Part shown: positions 7,102-16,866 of the stretch, piece after piece
Layout of the letters: every line of letters begins with the position of its first letter
How positions within the stretch are numbered: the first letter of the stretch is position 1
NCBI GenBank assembly: GCA_946627905.1
Contig: CAMOVY010000001.1
Coordinates: 1-28,923, forward strand
Direction of reading: 5' to 3'
Source: an uncultured Clostridia bacterium
Lineage (GTDB): Bacteria; Bacillota; Clostridia; Christensenellales; Borkfalkiaceae
DNA length: 28,923 bases
Program-made: the position numbers and the translations under genes
The notes under the pieces: generated by a model
Databases searched by the model: none
Seen by the model: only the letters and a program-made list of their open reading frames with translations
Told to the model about the DNA's origin: nothing

Positions 7102-8340
7102 TTAATCTATTATTTCGGCGGTAGCGCCGTCTTTAAAACTCTCGCCTACTTTTACTTTTACAATTTTCCCGATAGGGATTTCCCCTTTAACGTAAAGCCG
7201 TAAATAATTTTCAGAATACCCTTCTGTATACCCGTCCTTTACTTCTTCGGGTAAAAAGTCCGCATATTTACCTTTCATAAGCGCCGCGAAATCCGCTTTT
7301 ACCCGCGCTTTCGCAATCAAAAGGCGGTTAAGCCGTTCTTTTTTAATTTCGGGCGAAAGGTCGGGCATTTTATACGCGGGCGTACCGCGGCGGGGGCTGA
7401 AAGAAAACGGATGTATATCCGAAAACCGCACTTCGTCTATTATAGAAAGTGTGTCCTTAAAATCTTCTTCCGTCTCGGTCGGAAAGCCCGCTATTATATC
7501 GGTGGTTATCCCCGCAAGCGGGAAATGTCGCCGTATCAGCGCCACTTTTTCGATAAATTCTTCACGCGTATATTTACGGTTCATTTTTTTAAGCACCGCG
7601 TTTGATCCCGACTGCAAAGACAAATGAAAATGCGGCGCAAAATTATTAAGTTCCGACAGCGCGGTAAGCAGTCTGTCGTCAATTACCCGCACTTCCAAAG
7701 AACCGAGCCGTATCCTAGCGTTTACGCCTTTAAGTGCTTCCATAAGCCCCGCTAAATCCGTTTCCCCATAGCGGTAATCGGAAAGGTTTATGCCCGTAAT
7801 TATCGCTTCGGAACATTTTAAGCCTTCTATTTCGGCACGGACCTTTTCGGGCGCGCGGCTACGGCTTCTGCCACGCAGATGCGGAATAATGCAATAAGTG
7901 CAAAAAGAATTGCACCCGTCCTGCACCTTAATAAACGCGCGGGTTTTTAAGGATAGCGGCGCGGGCAATTCTTCGTAAGTTTCGCTCTTTTCGGCTATCA
8001 TAACGCCCGACTTTTCCAGGGCGGAAAGAATATTGTTTTTATTGAAAACACCCGTTATAAGATACGCCGCCGACTTATCGGCAAACGCTTTGTAATTATT
8101 TTCCGCCGCACAACCTGTAAACACAACTTTTGCGCTGGGGTTAAGTTTTTTTATTCTGCTTGCCGTCTGGCGGGACTTTTTTTCCGCTTCGGCGGTTATC
8201 GCGCAGGTGTTTATTATGTATAAATCGGCTTTTTCGAGTTTGTCGGAAACATCATAGCCGCGCTCTTTTAGTCCAGCGATAAGCGATTCGCTTTCGCACT
8301 CGTTCACCTTACAGCCGAGCGTAAAAACCACCGCTTTCAT
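7102..8340 (-). CDS. mtaB: tRNA (t6A37) methylthiotransferase MtaB
   Basis: TLGCKVN, NTCAIT, radical SAM CNSFCTYC, HFHLSLQSGS; conserved position after prmA. Confidence 0.92.
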   Translation of the reverse strand: MKAVVFTLGCKVNECESESLIAGLKERGYDVSDKLEKADLYIINTCAITAEAEKKSRQTASRIKKLNPSAKVVFTGCAAENNYKAFADKSAAYLITGVFNKNNILSALEKSGVMIAEKSETYEELPAPLSLKTRAFIKVQDGCNSFCTYCIIPHLRGRSRSRAPEKVRAEIEGLKCSEAIITGINLSDYRYGETDLAGLMEALKGVNARIRLGSLEVRVIDDRLLTALSELNNFAPHFHLSLQSGSNAVLKKMNRKYTREEFIEKVALIRRHFPLAGITTDIIAGFPTETEEDFKDTLSIIDEVRFSDIHPFSFSPRRGTPAYKMPDLSPEIKKERLNRLLIAKARVKADFAALMKGKYADFLPEEVKDGYTEGYSENYLRLYVKGEIPIGKIVKVKVGESFKDGATAEIID

Positions 8341-9275
8341 TATTTTTCACCTTTTAGCGCAATCGCCGCCCACTCGCCCTTGATTTTTGTTTCTATAAGG
8401 CTAAACCCCTGCGCTTTATACGCCGCTATAACTTTATCAAGCCTGTCTGTCAGTATCCCCGAAAGAATAACTCTGCCGCCGCCATTTAAATTGCTTTTAA
8501 GCCCCGCGGCAAACGAAATCAATACTTCCGCCATAATGTTAGCGACAATCACGTCGCCTTTAACGGTATTGTCGTCAAGCAGATTTTTCAAATACACTTG
8601 GGCGTTTTTAACACCGTTAAGCGCGATATTCTGTTTAGAAGCGGTAATGGCGCACTCGTCAATATCGGTCATAATAACCTTTTTCGCACCGAGTTTGGCG
8701 GCGGCTATACCTAAAATGCCGCTGCCACAGCCTACGTCTATCACCGTGTCGCTTTTATCAACGTATTTTTGCAATAACTCTACGCACATAGAAGTGGTTT
8801 CGTGCTCGCCCGTGCCGAACGCCATATTAGAACCGATAATAACGGTTTTTTCGTCCTTTTCCGGTGTATACTCCATCCACTCGGGCACTATAACTATGTT
8901 ATCTATATGTATAGGCTTAAAATTTTCCTTCCACTTTTCGCGCCACAGGTTGCCGTCCACTTCCGTTTCCGAAACGGACAGTTCGCCCATATCGAAGGGC
9001 GAATTTTCTTTTAAGCCTTTAAGCGCGCGGGAAATATCCGCGAGTTTTTCTTGTTTTTCGGAAATTTTAACGTAGCATTTTACTATTACGGTTTTATCTT
9101 TAGCATAAACGCTCTCTTCGGCGTAATCCCAGTTCTTGCCCGAATTTTCAAGGTCGATAACGTCCTGCACGTCGGAAACGGAAACGCCGCCTTCAGAAAA
9201 TTCCGAAAGTGCGTCCGCAACGAGTTCCGAACCCAAATGAGTGGTTTTTACCGAAATTTCAATATAATCTTTCAT
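8340..9275 (-). CDS. prmA: Ribosomal protein L11 methyltransferase
   Basis: AFGTGEHETT, DVGCGSGIL, VANIMA. Confidence 0.95.
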   Translation of the reverse strand: MKDYIEISVKTTHLGSELVADALSEFSEGGVSVSDVQDVIDLENSGKNWDYAEESVYAKDKTVIVKCYVKISEKQEKLADISRALKGLKENSPFDMGELSVSETEVDGNLWREKWKENFKPIHIDNIVIVPEWMEYTPEKDEKTVIIGSNMAFGTGEHETTSMCVELLQKYVDKSDTVIDVGCGSGILGIAAAKLGAKKVIMTDIDECAITASKQNIALNGVKNAQVYLKNLLDDNTVKGDVIVANIMAEVLISFAAGLKSNLNGGGRVILSGILTDRLDKVIAAYKAQGFSLIETKIKGEWAAIALKGEK

Positions 9276-9279
9276 CTTA

Positions 9280-10407
9280 TCAATAGGGGTCTTTGCCGTA
9301 CATTGACTGCATATTGTCCGAATACTGTTTCATTTTGGGGCATTGTTTAATATCAGTCTCTTCGTCCAACTCGGTAAACGCGCTCTTTTGCGCCTTTGAA
9401 AGTTTAGTCGGAATTTCCACCACCGTTTCTATATACAGGTCGCCCGTCCCGCGCGAAGTCTTTATGCCCTTGCCCCGCACGAAAAACACTTTGCCGCTTT
9501 GCGTGCCTTCGGGAATAGTGTATTCCATGGTTTCGTCGATTAGCGGAATTTTAACCTTGCCACCGAGTGCCGCCGTTTTAATGCTTATCGGCACGCTTAC
9601 GTACAAATCGAAATTCTTGCGTTTAAAAATCTTACTCGGTTCTACCTTAATTACCACTATAAGGTCCCCCGCAGGACCGCCGCTTACCGACGCTTCGCCG
9701 AAGCCCGCTTTACGTAAATAACTGCCCGTATCCGCGCCCGCGGGGATATTTAGCGACACTTTGGTAGCCGCGCGGGTATAACCCTTACCCTTACAGTCGG
9801 GGCAGGCTTCCAAAATCTTTTTGCCCGTTCCCCCGCAATCGGGACAGGGGCGCACGGTCTGCGAACGGAAAAACCCGTTTGACGAAGTATATATGACTTG
9901 CCCCGTGCCGCCGCACTTTTCGCAGGTCTTATACGCCGTGCCGCCTTTAGCGCCCGTGCCATTACACGCTTTGCACGGTTCGTTCCTGTTATAAACCACT
10001 TCCCTTACGCAACCTTTCGCCGCGTCCAAAAAGGAAAGGGAAATTTCTATCGTTATGTCGTCGCCCTTGGTTTTGGTTTGTTGCTGACGTCTGCCGCCGC
10101 CGAAACCGCCGAATATATCGCCGAAAATATCGCCGAAATCGGAAAAGCCCGAAAAACCCGCGCCGCCTGCGCCGCCGAAACCGCCCATATTCGGGTGTTC
10201 CTGCTGAAAGTCGTACTCTTTCCTGCGTTTTTCGTCGGATAAAACTTCGTTGGCTTCGTTTATTTCCTTGAATTTTTCCGCCGCGGCGGCATCACCCGGA
10301 TGCAAATCGGGGTGATATTTTTTAACCAGCGTTCTGTACGCCTTTTTTATGTCGTCTTGGGTGGCGTTTTTATCGACGCCTAAAGTTTCGTAATAATTTT
10401 TAGCCAT
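9280..10407 (-). CDS. dnaJ: Chaperone DnaJ
   Basis: J domain with HPD, G/F-rich region, four CxxCxGxG repeats. Confidence 0.97.
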   Translation of the reverse strand: MAKNYYETLGVDKNATQDDIKKAYRTLVKKYHPDLHPGDAAAAEKFKEINEANEVLSDEKRRKEYDFQQEHPNMGGFGGAGGAGFSGFSDFGDIFGDIFGGFGGGRRQQQTKTKGDDITIEISLSFLDAAKGCVREVVYNRNEPCKACNGTGAKGGTAYKTCEKCGGTGQVIYTSSNGFFRSQTVRPCPDCGGTGKKILEACPDCKGKGYTRAATKVSLNIPAGADTGSYLRKAGFGEASVSGGPAGDLIVVIKVEPSKIFKRKNFDLYVSVPISIKTAALGGKVKIPLIDETMEYTIPEGTQSGKVFFVRGKGIKTSRGTGDLYIETVVEIPTKLSKAQKSAFTELDEETDIKQCPKMKQYSDNMQSMYGKDPY

Positions 10408-10445
10408 AATTTACCCTTAAAGCCAAGTGCTTTATTAAACGCGTT

Positions 10446-10476
10446 GAACTGAAAGGCAAAAATAGCCTTTCAGTTC
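10446..10476. other. Perfect 12-bp stem-loop between dnaK and dnaJ
   Basis: GAACTGAAAGGC-N7-GCCTTTCAGTTC; no U tract immediately after it on the coding strand. Confidence 0.7.
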
Positions 10477-10517
10477 CGCGGTTCTATGTCTTAATATGTC
10501 GTTTTAAGTTCTTAAAA

Positions 10518-12323
10518 TCAATTCTGATGGAACTCCGTGTCTCCCGCACCTGCGCCGCCGTCGTTCGGTTCACCGTTCGGGTTTGCGCCCTGCGCCTGCT
10601 GATAGATTTTAGCGAACACTCCTTGCGACGCGTTAGACAAGTTCTCGAACGCCTTATCCATACGGTCTTTATCGTTGCTGTCAAGTTCCGTCTTCGCAGT
10701 CTTGATTTCTTCTTCGAGTTTTGCCTTATCTTCTGCGGAAACTTTATCGCCCAAGTCTTTCAGCGTCTTTTCAACGGTAAATATCATACCGTCGAGTTTG
10801 TTGTGGGCTTCTACGCCCTCTTTACGCTTTTTGTCCTCTTCTTCGTACTGCTTGGCTTCGTTTACCGCTTTATTTATGTCCGCTTCGGAAAGATTGCTTG
10901 ACGCGGTTATCGTAATGTTCTGCGACTTACCCGTGCCTAAATCTTTTGCCGAAACGTTGACTATGCCGTTAGCGTCGATATCGAAACTAACTTCAATCTG
11001 CGGTACGCCGCGCGGTGCGGGGGCAATACCCGTAAGTTCGAAACGCCCGAGCGTTTTATTGTCTTTAGCGAATTCCCTTTCGCCCTGTAAAATGTGTATG
11101 TCAACCTGCGTCTGATTATCCGCCGCCGTGGAGAATACCTGCGATTTCTTAACGGGGATAGTGGTGTTTCTCTCTATAAGTTTGGTGCAAACGCCGCCCA
11201 AGGTTTCGATACCTAACGAAAGCGGGGTTACGTCGAGTAAAAGCACGTCTTTAACTTCGCCGGATAAAACGCCGCCCTGAATTGCCGCGCCGATAGCCAC
11301 GCACTCGTCGGGGTTGATGCCCTTAAATGGTTCTTTGCCCGTGATTTTTCTGACTTCGTCGATAACCGCGGGGATACGCGTAGAACCGCCGACCAAAATT
11401 ACCTTGTCTATATCAGAGTATGAAAGTTTAGCGTCTTCCATCGCCTTTTTCATAGGAATAACCGTCGCTTCGACAAGGTCCGCGGTCATCGCGTCGAATT
11501 TCTGCTTTGTTAAATCTACGTCCAAATGTTTAGGGCCTGTCGCGTCCGCCGTTATAAACGGCAGGTTTATGTTGGTTTTACTCATACCCGAAAGTTCGAT
11601 TTTCGCCTTTTCAGCCGCTTCTTTAAGTCTCTGCATAGCGAGTTTGTCGCCGGATAGGTCAATGCCTTCCTTTGCCTTGAATTCGGAAACGAGATAGTCC
11701 ATAATTCTCTTATCGAAGTCGTCGCCGCCCAGCATATTGTTGCCGTGGGTTGCCAAAACTTCGAACACGCCGTCGCCTATTTCCATAATGGAAACGTCGA
11801 ACGTGCCGCCGCCCAAATCGTAGATAATAACTTTCTGCGTTTTGCCTTCTTTGTCAAGCCCGTAAGAAAGCGCCGCCGCCGTCGGTTCGTTGATGATACG
11901 GAGAACGTTTAAGCCCGCAATCTTGCCCGCGTCTTTAGTCGCCTGACGCTGACTATCGGTAAAATACGCGGGGCAGGTTATAACCGCGTCCGAAACCGTG
12001 CCGCCAAGGTACGCTTCCGCATCCTTTTTGAGTTTAGAAAGTATCATAGCGGAAATTTCCTGCGGGGTGTAATTTTTGCCGTCAATACTAACCTTATAAT
12101 CCGAACCCATATGTCTTTTAATAGAAGACACCGTTCTTTCGGGGTTAGAAACCGCCTGACGCTTTGCAACCTGACCTACAAGTCTTTCGCCGTCTTTCTG
12201 AAAGCCTACGACCGAAGGCGTAGTTCTTGAGCCTTCAGCGTTCGCTATTACCACCGGTTCGCCGTTTTCCATAACGGCTACGCACGAGTTTGTCGTTCCT
12301 AAATCGATACCTATTGTTTTCAT
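10518..12323 (-). CDS. dnaK: Chaperone DnaK (Hsp70)
   Basis: [20 protein letters not shown] and LVGGSTRIP signatures. Confidence 0.98.
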   Translation of the reverse strand: MKTIGIDLGTTNSCVAVMENGEPVVIANAEGSRTTPSVVGFQKDGERLVGQVAKRQAVSNPERTVSSIKRHMGSDYKVSIDGKNYTPQEISAMILSKLKKDAEAYLGGTVSDAVITCPAYFTDSQRQATKDAGKIAGLNVLRIINEPTAAALSYGLDKEGKTQKVIIYDLGGGTFDVSIMEIGDGVFEVLATHGNNMLGGDDFDKRIMDYLVSEFKAKEGIDLSGDKLAMQRLKEAAEKAKIELSGMSKTNINLPFITADATGPKHLDVDLTKQKFDAMTADLVEATVIPMKKAMEDAKLSYSDIDKVILVGGSTRIPAVIDEVRKITGKEPFKGINPDECVAIGAAIQGGVLSGEVKDVLLLDVTPLSLGIETLGGVCTKLIERNTTIPVKKSQVFSTAADNQTQVDIHILQGEREFAKDNKTLGRFELTGIAPAPRGVPQIEVSFDIDANGIVNVSAKDLGTGKSQNITITASSNLSEADINKAVNEAKQYEEEDKKRKEGVEAHNKLDGMIFTVEKTLKDLGDKVSAEDKAKLEEEIKTAKTELDSNDKDRMDKAFENLSNASQGVFAKIYQQAQGANPNGEPNDGGAGAGDTEFHQN

Positions 12324-12350
12324 AATAATAAATCTCCTTGTCCTTATATT

Positions 12351-12872
12351 TTATTTGACTACGCTAACTTTAGCGTATCTTATAATCTTATCTTTAAGTT
12401 TGTATCCCTTTTCGAATACCTGTTTCACCGTGTCGCTCGTATCTTCTTCGCCTTTTTCCACCTGCATTACCGCTTCGGCAATATTCGGGTCGAAGACTTC
12501 GCCCACGGGGTTTATTTCTTCTATTTCGAGAGAAGAAAGCGTTTCGTCGAACTTGCGCTTTATTCCCGCTAAACCAGCTTGCGTCTTTTCGTCAAGTCCA
12601 AGAGACAGCGCCCTGTCGAGCGTGTCGCCCACGACGAGAATTTTAAGTATCACGCTCGCTATCCCTTCATTAAAAGCGTCCTGCCACAATTTCGCGTTGC
12701 GCTTTTTGTAGTTGTCGAATTCCGCCACGTTTCTCATCCACTTGTCTTTGAATTCGTCCGCGCTTTTTTTGGCGTCTTCGACTTCCTTTATAAGCGCTTC
12801 GTTTTCCGCGATAAGCGCCGCCGTCTTGTCGCCCGCCGCGCTTTCGGGTTTTTTCTTTTTCTTTTCTTCCAT
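12351..12872 (-). CDS. grpE: Nucleotide exchange factor GrpE
   Basis: AEFDNYKKR, FDPNIAEAV, KGYKLKDKIIRYAKV. Confidence 0.95.
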   Translation of the reverse strand: MEEKKKKKPESAAGDKTAALIAENEALIKEVEDAKKSADEFKDKWMRNVAEFDNYKKRNAKLWQDAFNEGIASVILKILVVGDTLDRALSLGLDEKTQAGLAGIKRKFDETLSSLEIEEINPVGEVFDPNIAEAVMQVEKGEEDTSDTVKQVFEKGYKLKDKIIRYAKVSVVK

Positions 12873-12883
12873 ACCGTCTACCT

Positions 12884-13903
12884 TTATTTTTTATTCTTCA
12901 TAATGTCTTCTAAAACTTTGCCGACGCCTTCTAATACCGAAACGACTTTCTGATAGTCCATACGAAGTGGACCTATAACGCCGTACGTTCCCACCTTTAC
13001 GCCGCTTGCGGAGTACGTTGCGGAAACTATCGAACAGTCTTTCGGCACGTTTTCGTCTTCACCGCCTATCTTTATATTTATCTCTATGTTTTCGTCGCTC
13101 TCGGTCAAAAGTTCTTTGAGTTTGTCTTTGCTCGTTATCACCGACAGGAAATTTTTGACCTTTTCCCCATCAAGATTGTCGTGATTTAAAATCTTGCTTT
13201 CGCCTTTTATAACTACGTCCGCATTATCGCGCTCCACGTACTCTTCGATAGCGTCCATAACCCCGTCGAAAATTTCCCTGTAGGACGCAAACTCTTCGCA
13301 GATGGCTTTGCCCGTTAAAAGCACTTCATCAAGCGCCTTGCCGACAAACGCCTTCATCATAAACCTGCTTGCGTCTTCTATCTCCGCGTCCGTCATATTT
13401 TCGGGAATTTCTATAAACTTGTCGCGGATAAGCGTGTTTTCGGTAAGCACCAAAAGCAGCGCCTGCGTGGGTTTATACCTGAAAATCTGAATTTTTACGA
13501 TTTTTTCCTTTCCGCTGTGGGACGCGACGGCAACCGAAGTGTAATCGGTCAGTTCGCTTATAACGTCTACGGCGTTTTTAACAACCGTTTCTAAACTGTC
13601 TACGTGATTATTGAAAGCCGCGCGGATAAGCCCCGTCTCTTCACGCGTAAGTTTGCTTTTATCCATAAGTTCGCTAACGTAAAGTTTATACGCGTCGATA
13701 GAAGGCACTCTGCCGCTTGACGTGTGCAGTTGGTTAAGATAGCCCATCTCTTCAAGTCCCGCAAGTTCCGACCTGACCGTTGCCGAAGAAATGCCTTTCA
13801 TATACTTTTCCGTTATGCTCTTACTCGAAACGGGTTGCGCCGTAGATATATAATCGTCCACGACGTACTGTAAAATCTTCTTTTTTCTGTCGGAGAGTTT
13901 CAT
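12884..13903 (-). CDS. hrcA: Heat-inducible transcription repressor HrcA
   Basis: SSATVRSELAGLE, HTSSGRVPS, IGPLRMDY. Start reassigned to MKLSDRK (ATG at 13903). Confidence 0.96.
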   Translation of the reverse strand: MKLSDRKKKILQYVVDDYISTAQPVSSKSITEKYMKGISSATVRSELAGLEEMGYLNQLHTSSGRVPSIDAYKLYVSELMDKSKLTREETGLIRAAFNNHVDSLETVVKNAVDVISELTDYTSVAVASHSGKEKIVKIQIFRYKPTQALLLVLTENTLIRDKFIEIPENMTDAEIEDASRFMMKAFVGKALDEVLLTGKAICEEFASYREIFDGVMDAIEEYVERDNADVVIKGESKILNHDNLDGEKVKNFLSVITSKDKLKELLTESDENIEINIKIGGEDENVPKDCSIVSATYSASGVKVGTYGVIGPLRMDYQKVVSVLEGVGKVLEDIMKNKK

Positions 13904-13937
13904 ACCCCTTACCCTTGGCAATATTAAAAGTTTTGTG

Positions 13938-13964
13938 TTAGCACTCTTTATGATTAACTGCTAA
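13938..13964 (-). promoter_or_regulatory. CIRCE element (HrcA operator)
   Basis: Plus strand TTAGCACTC-N9-AACTGCTAA; two mismatches to TTAGCACTC-N9-GAGTGCTAA; sits between the promoter and hrcA. Confidence 0.9.
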
Positions 13965-13975
13965 CTTTTGAATAA

Positions 13976-14004
13976 ATTGTACTCTTATTATTTGTGTTTG
14001 TCAA
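13976..14004 (-). promoter_or_regulatory. SigA promoter of the hrcA-grpE-dnaK operon
   Basis: TTGACA-N17-TACAAT. Confidence 0.85.
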
Positions 14005-14039
14005 GGTTTTACGCCAACATTTTAAAAATATTTTTTAAA

Positions 14040-14067
14040 AAGAAAAAAACCTTTGAAAATTCAAAGG
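14040..14067 (-). terminator. Intrinsic terminator after proA
   Basis: CCTTTGA-N4-TCAAAGG followed by a T run on the minus strand. Confidence 0.6.
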
Positions 14068-14096
14068 GTTTTAACGTATGTATGGCTGTTTTTTCG

Positions 14097-15356
14097 TTAT
14101 TTTCTCACCGCGCCGTTGCCTTTAACTATATACTTCGTGGTTGTAAGCGCGTCAAGCCCCATAGGACCGCGGGCGTGCAGTTTTTGCGTGGAAATGCCTA
14201 TTTCAGCGCCAAGCCCGAATACAAACCCGTCCGAAAACCTTGTGGACGCGTTGTGATAAACGCACGCGCTGTCTATTGAGTTTAAAAACTTCTCCGCGTT
14301 CTCTTTATTTTCGGTGATTATCGCTTCCGAGTGGCGGGTAGAGTGTTCGTTTATATGACTAATCGCACTATCTATACTATCAACCACTTTTACGGAAATT
14401 ATCGCGTCGCCGTACTCGGTATAAAAGTCTTCTTCGGTTGCGGGAAGGACGTTGTTTTTGCCGCTTAAAATCCGCAAACTTTTCTCATCACAGCGCATTT
14501 CAACCTGTTTTTCCGAAAGTCTGTCGTAAATCATCGGCAAAACTTTTTCTGCGATTTTTTCGTGAATAACAAGCGATTCGCAGGCGTTGCAAACGCTGTA
14601 TCGTTGGGTTTTGGCATTAAAAATAACTTCCGCCGCCATTTCGGGGCTAGCGAACTCGTCCACGTAAACATGGCAGTTGCCCGTACCCGTTTCGATAATC
14701 GGCACGGTGGCGTTCTCGAGCGCCGCTTTTATCAGCCCCGCACCTCCGCGCGGAATAAGCAAGTCCACGTACTTATTAAGCCGCATAAACGCCTTTGCCG
14801 TTTCGTGCGATAAGTCTTCTATTAAACTTACCGCGTTTTCGTCTATGCCCGCTTGCTTTATCGCGCCGCGCAGAACTTTGACTATCGCGGTATTAGAATT
14901 TATCGCGTCGCTGCCGCCCCTTAAAATCACGGCGTTTTTGGTCTTTAACGAAAGTCCGAACCCGTCCGCCGCAACGTTGGGGCGGGATTCGAATATAATA
15001 CCCACGACCCCGAACGGCACTTTCTTTTTTACTATTTTTATGCCCTGTTCCTTATTTTCGTACTCGTACACCGTTTCGCCCACGGGGCTTTTAAGCGCGG
15101 CAATCTGTTTTAAGCCTTCCGCCATAGAATTTATAACTTTATCGGTAAGCGTAAGCCTATCGATAAACGCGGCGGAAAGTCCTTTCTCTTCAGCGTTTTT
15201 TATATCTTGGGCGTTTGCCGCTTTAATTTCTTCCGCTTTTTCAATAAGCGCGTTCGCGCAAAGTTTAAGCGCGTTATTTATAACGTTTTCGGGCGTTTCG
15301 GCAAGTGCCGCCGCCGCGGCTTTGGCTTTTATTCCCAAATTATTTAAATCAAACAT
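14097..15356 (-). CDS. proA: Gamma-glutamyl phosphate reductase
   Basis: [47 protein letters not shown]. Confidence 0.96.
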   Translation of the reverse strand: MFDLNNLGIKAKAAAAALAETPENVINNALKLCANALIEKAEEIKAANAQDIKNAEEKGLSAAFIDRLTLTDKVINSMAEGLKQIAALKSPVGETVYEYENKEQGIKIVKKKVPFGVVGIIFESRPNVAADGFGLSLKTKNAVILRGGSDAINSNTAIVKVLRGAIKQAGIDENAVSLIEDLSHETAKAFMRLNKYVDLLIPRGGAGLIKAALENATVPIIETGTGNCHVYVDEFASPEMAAEVIFNAKTQRYSVCNACESLVIHEKIAEKVLPMIYDRLSEKQVEMRCDEKSLRILSGKNNVLPATEEDFYTEYGDAIISVKVVDSIDSAISHINEHSTRHSEAIITENKENAEKFLNSIDSACVYHNASTRFSDGFVFGLGAEIGISTQKLHARGPMGLDALTTTKYIVKGNGAVRK

Positions 15357-15846
15357 TTTTTTCTTCCTTTTCGGTTTTTTTACGCACGAACAGTTTAAGC
15401 CACGCGCGTTTAGGCAAGTTTTTCAAAAATTCAAAAAAGAAAAACGCTTTTACCAAAAATTTTCTGCGCCGAGTGCCTGAATACAGTTTTTTCACCCGTT
15501 TTATATAGTCAAGGCCGTTTACGTCCACGTACCGTTTGCCCCTGTAAAAACCCGCCATCACGCCGAAAACCTGTTCTTCTTTTACCTTTTCGCAGGCAAA
15601 CTGGCTGTCGCCGCAAATTATATAGCCGAAGTCTTCGGCTTTTATAACCCTGTGCAACACGAAAGTGCCGTTATCCCTTTGATACAGCGCAACGTCCATA
15701 GGGCGCAGTTTTTCGGTTTTTTGCTTTACTATTACCGATTGCTTGCCGTTTTTAAGCGTCGGCCACATACTGTTGCCGTGCGGAACGAAGGCTATAACGC
15801 CGTTTTTATCTAGTTCCGCCCTGTAATCGGTTGTTTTGTCTTCCAT
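15349..15846 (-). CDS. S24/S26 family peptidase-like protein
   Basis: GNSMWPTL (Ser box), VLHRV (His where bacterial SPase I has Lys), CGD. Confidence 0.75.
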   Translation of the reverse strand: MEDKTTDYRAELDKNGVIAFVPHGNSMWPTLKNGKQSVIVKQKTEKLRPMDVALYQRDNGTFVLHRVIKAEDFGYIICGDSQFACEKVKEEQVFGVMAGFYRGKRYVDVNGLDYIKRVKKLYSGTRRRKFLVKAFFFFEFLKNLPKRAWLKLFVRKKTEKEEKNV

Positions 15847-15874
15847 ATGGATTTGCTCCGTTATATAATCCGTA

Positions 15875-16549
15875 TTATAAAATATTCTTTACGTCCGACA
15901 ATTTTTCTATCGTATAATCGCAAAGCCCGAAGACGGGTTTTTCACCCGTGCGGTTAAACCATACGGTAGTTATGCCTATACTTTTGCCGCCCGCTATGTC
16001 CGCGGAAAGAGAATCGCCTATTATTGCCACTTCTTCCTTTTTCGCGGGGCTTACCGCATTTAAACACTCTTCAAAGAACCGTTTTTGCGGCTTGTTTATA
16101 CCCTGATTTCCAAAATTCAGAATCTTTTCGATATAAGGTATCATACCCGACAGCGTAAGCCTTTTAACCTGCTGGGCGTAAGGCGCGTTGCTCGCCGTAT
16201 ATAATTTGTATTTTGCCGAAAGATATTTCAGTATATCGATAGCGCCGTCGACGGGGATGGCAAAATTTTCCAACCTGCTTAAAAACAGCCCTTCCATTTC
16301 ATGCCCGTCCGCAGTTATGCCAAGTTCATCGAATATAATACTCCACCTTATACGGTGCAATTCTTCGCGCGTTAACTCTTTTTTCTCTATTCTGTGCCAA
16401 AGGGTATCGTTGACGCGCAAAAACACGTCTAAAATATCCGCGGAATATTTTATACCGAGTTCTTTAAATGCGCTTTTTATCGTTTCGCTTGCGCTTTTAT
16501 TGAAATCGAGAAGCGTGTTATCCACGTCTAAAAGTACGGCTTTTATCAT
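15875..16549 (-). CDS. HAD-superfamily nucleotidase, YjjG-like
   Basis: DVDNTLLDF motif I, KP motif, IGDSLSADIAG motif IV. Confidence 0.88.
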   Translation of the reverse strand: MIKAVLLDVDNTLLDFNKSASETIKSAFKELGIKYSADILDVFLRVNDTLWHRIEKKELTREELHRIRWSIIFDELGITADGHEMEGLFLSRLENFAIPVDGAIDILKYLSAKYKLYTASNAPYAQQVKRLTLSGMIPYIEKILNFGNQGINKPQKRFFEECLNAVSPAKKEEVAIIGDSLSADIAGGKSIGITTVWFNRTGEKPVFGLCDYTIEKLSDVKNIL

Positions 16550-16565
16550 CTGCTGAAAATTAACG

Positions 16566-16850
16566 TTAAATTTCGTAATCTACGGCTACGGAACTCTCGC
16601 GCGCCTTATGCATGTATTCTTTTACAACCGAACAATGGTACGGATCGCTCTGATATCTGTCGAGCGCGGCTTTATCCTTTAACACAACCTGCAATATAAC
16701 GTCGTAAGAACGTTCGCTTTTCAAAAAATCCACGCCCACTTCCATATCGATTATTTCGGGAACTTTGCCTTTCATGGAGTTTAAGATTTCCGCCGCTTTT
16801 TCGGCGCTTTCGCCCGCTTTTAACTTGAAACAAACTATATGCTTTATCAT
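16566..16850 (-). CDS. Dabb family (stress-responsive A/B barrel) protein
   Basis: MIKHIVCFKLK...YQSDPYH...AVDYE pattern. Confidence 0.85.
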   Translation of the reverse strand: MIKHIVCFKLKAGESAEKAAEILNSMKGKVPEIIDMEVGVDFLKSERSYDVILQVVLKDKAALDRYQSDPYHCSVVKEYMHKARESSVAVDYEI

Positions 16851-16866
16851 TGTCGCCCGTTTTTTC

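Noticed and set aside
10085-10200. Short CCGCCGAAA-type repeats in dnaJ
   Set aside because: They encode the normal G/F-rich linker.
10410-10440. Second CIRCE-like site before dnaJ (AAAGCACTT)
   Set aside because: Weak half-site only, with no partner at 9-bp spacing.
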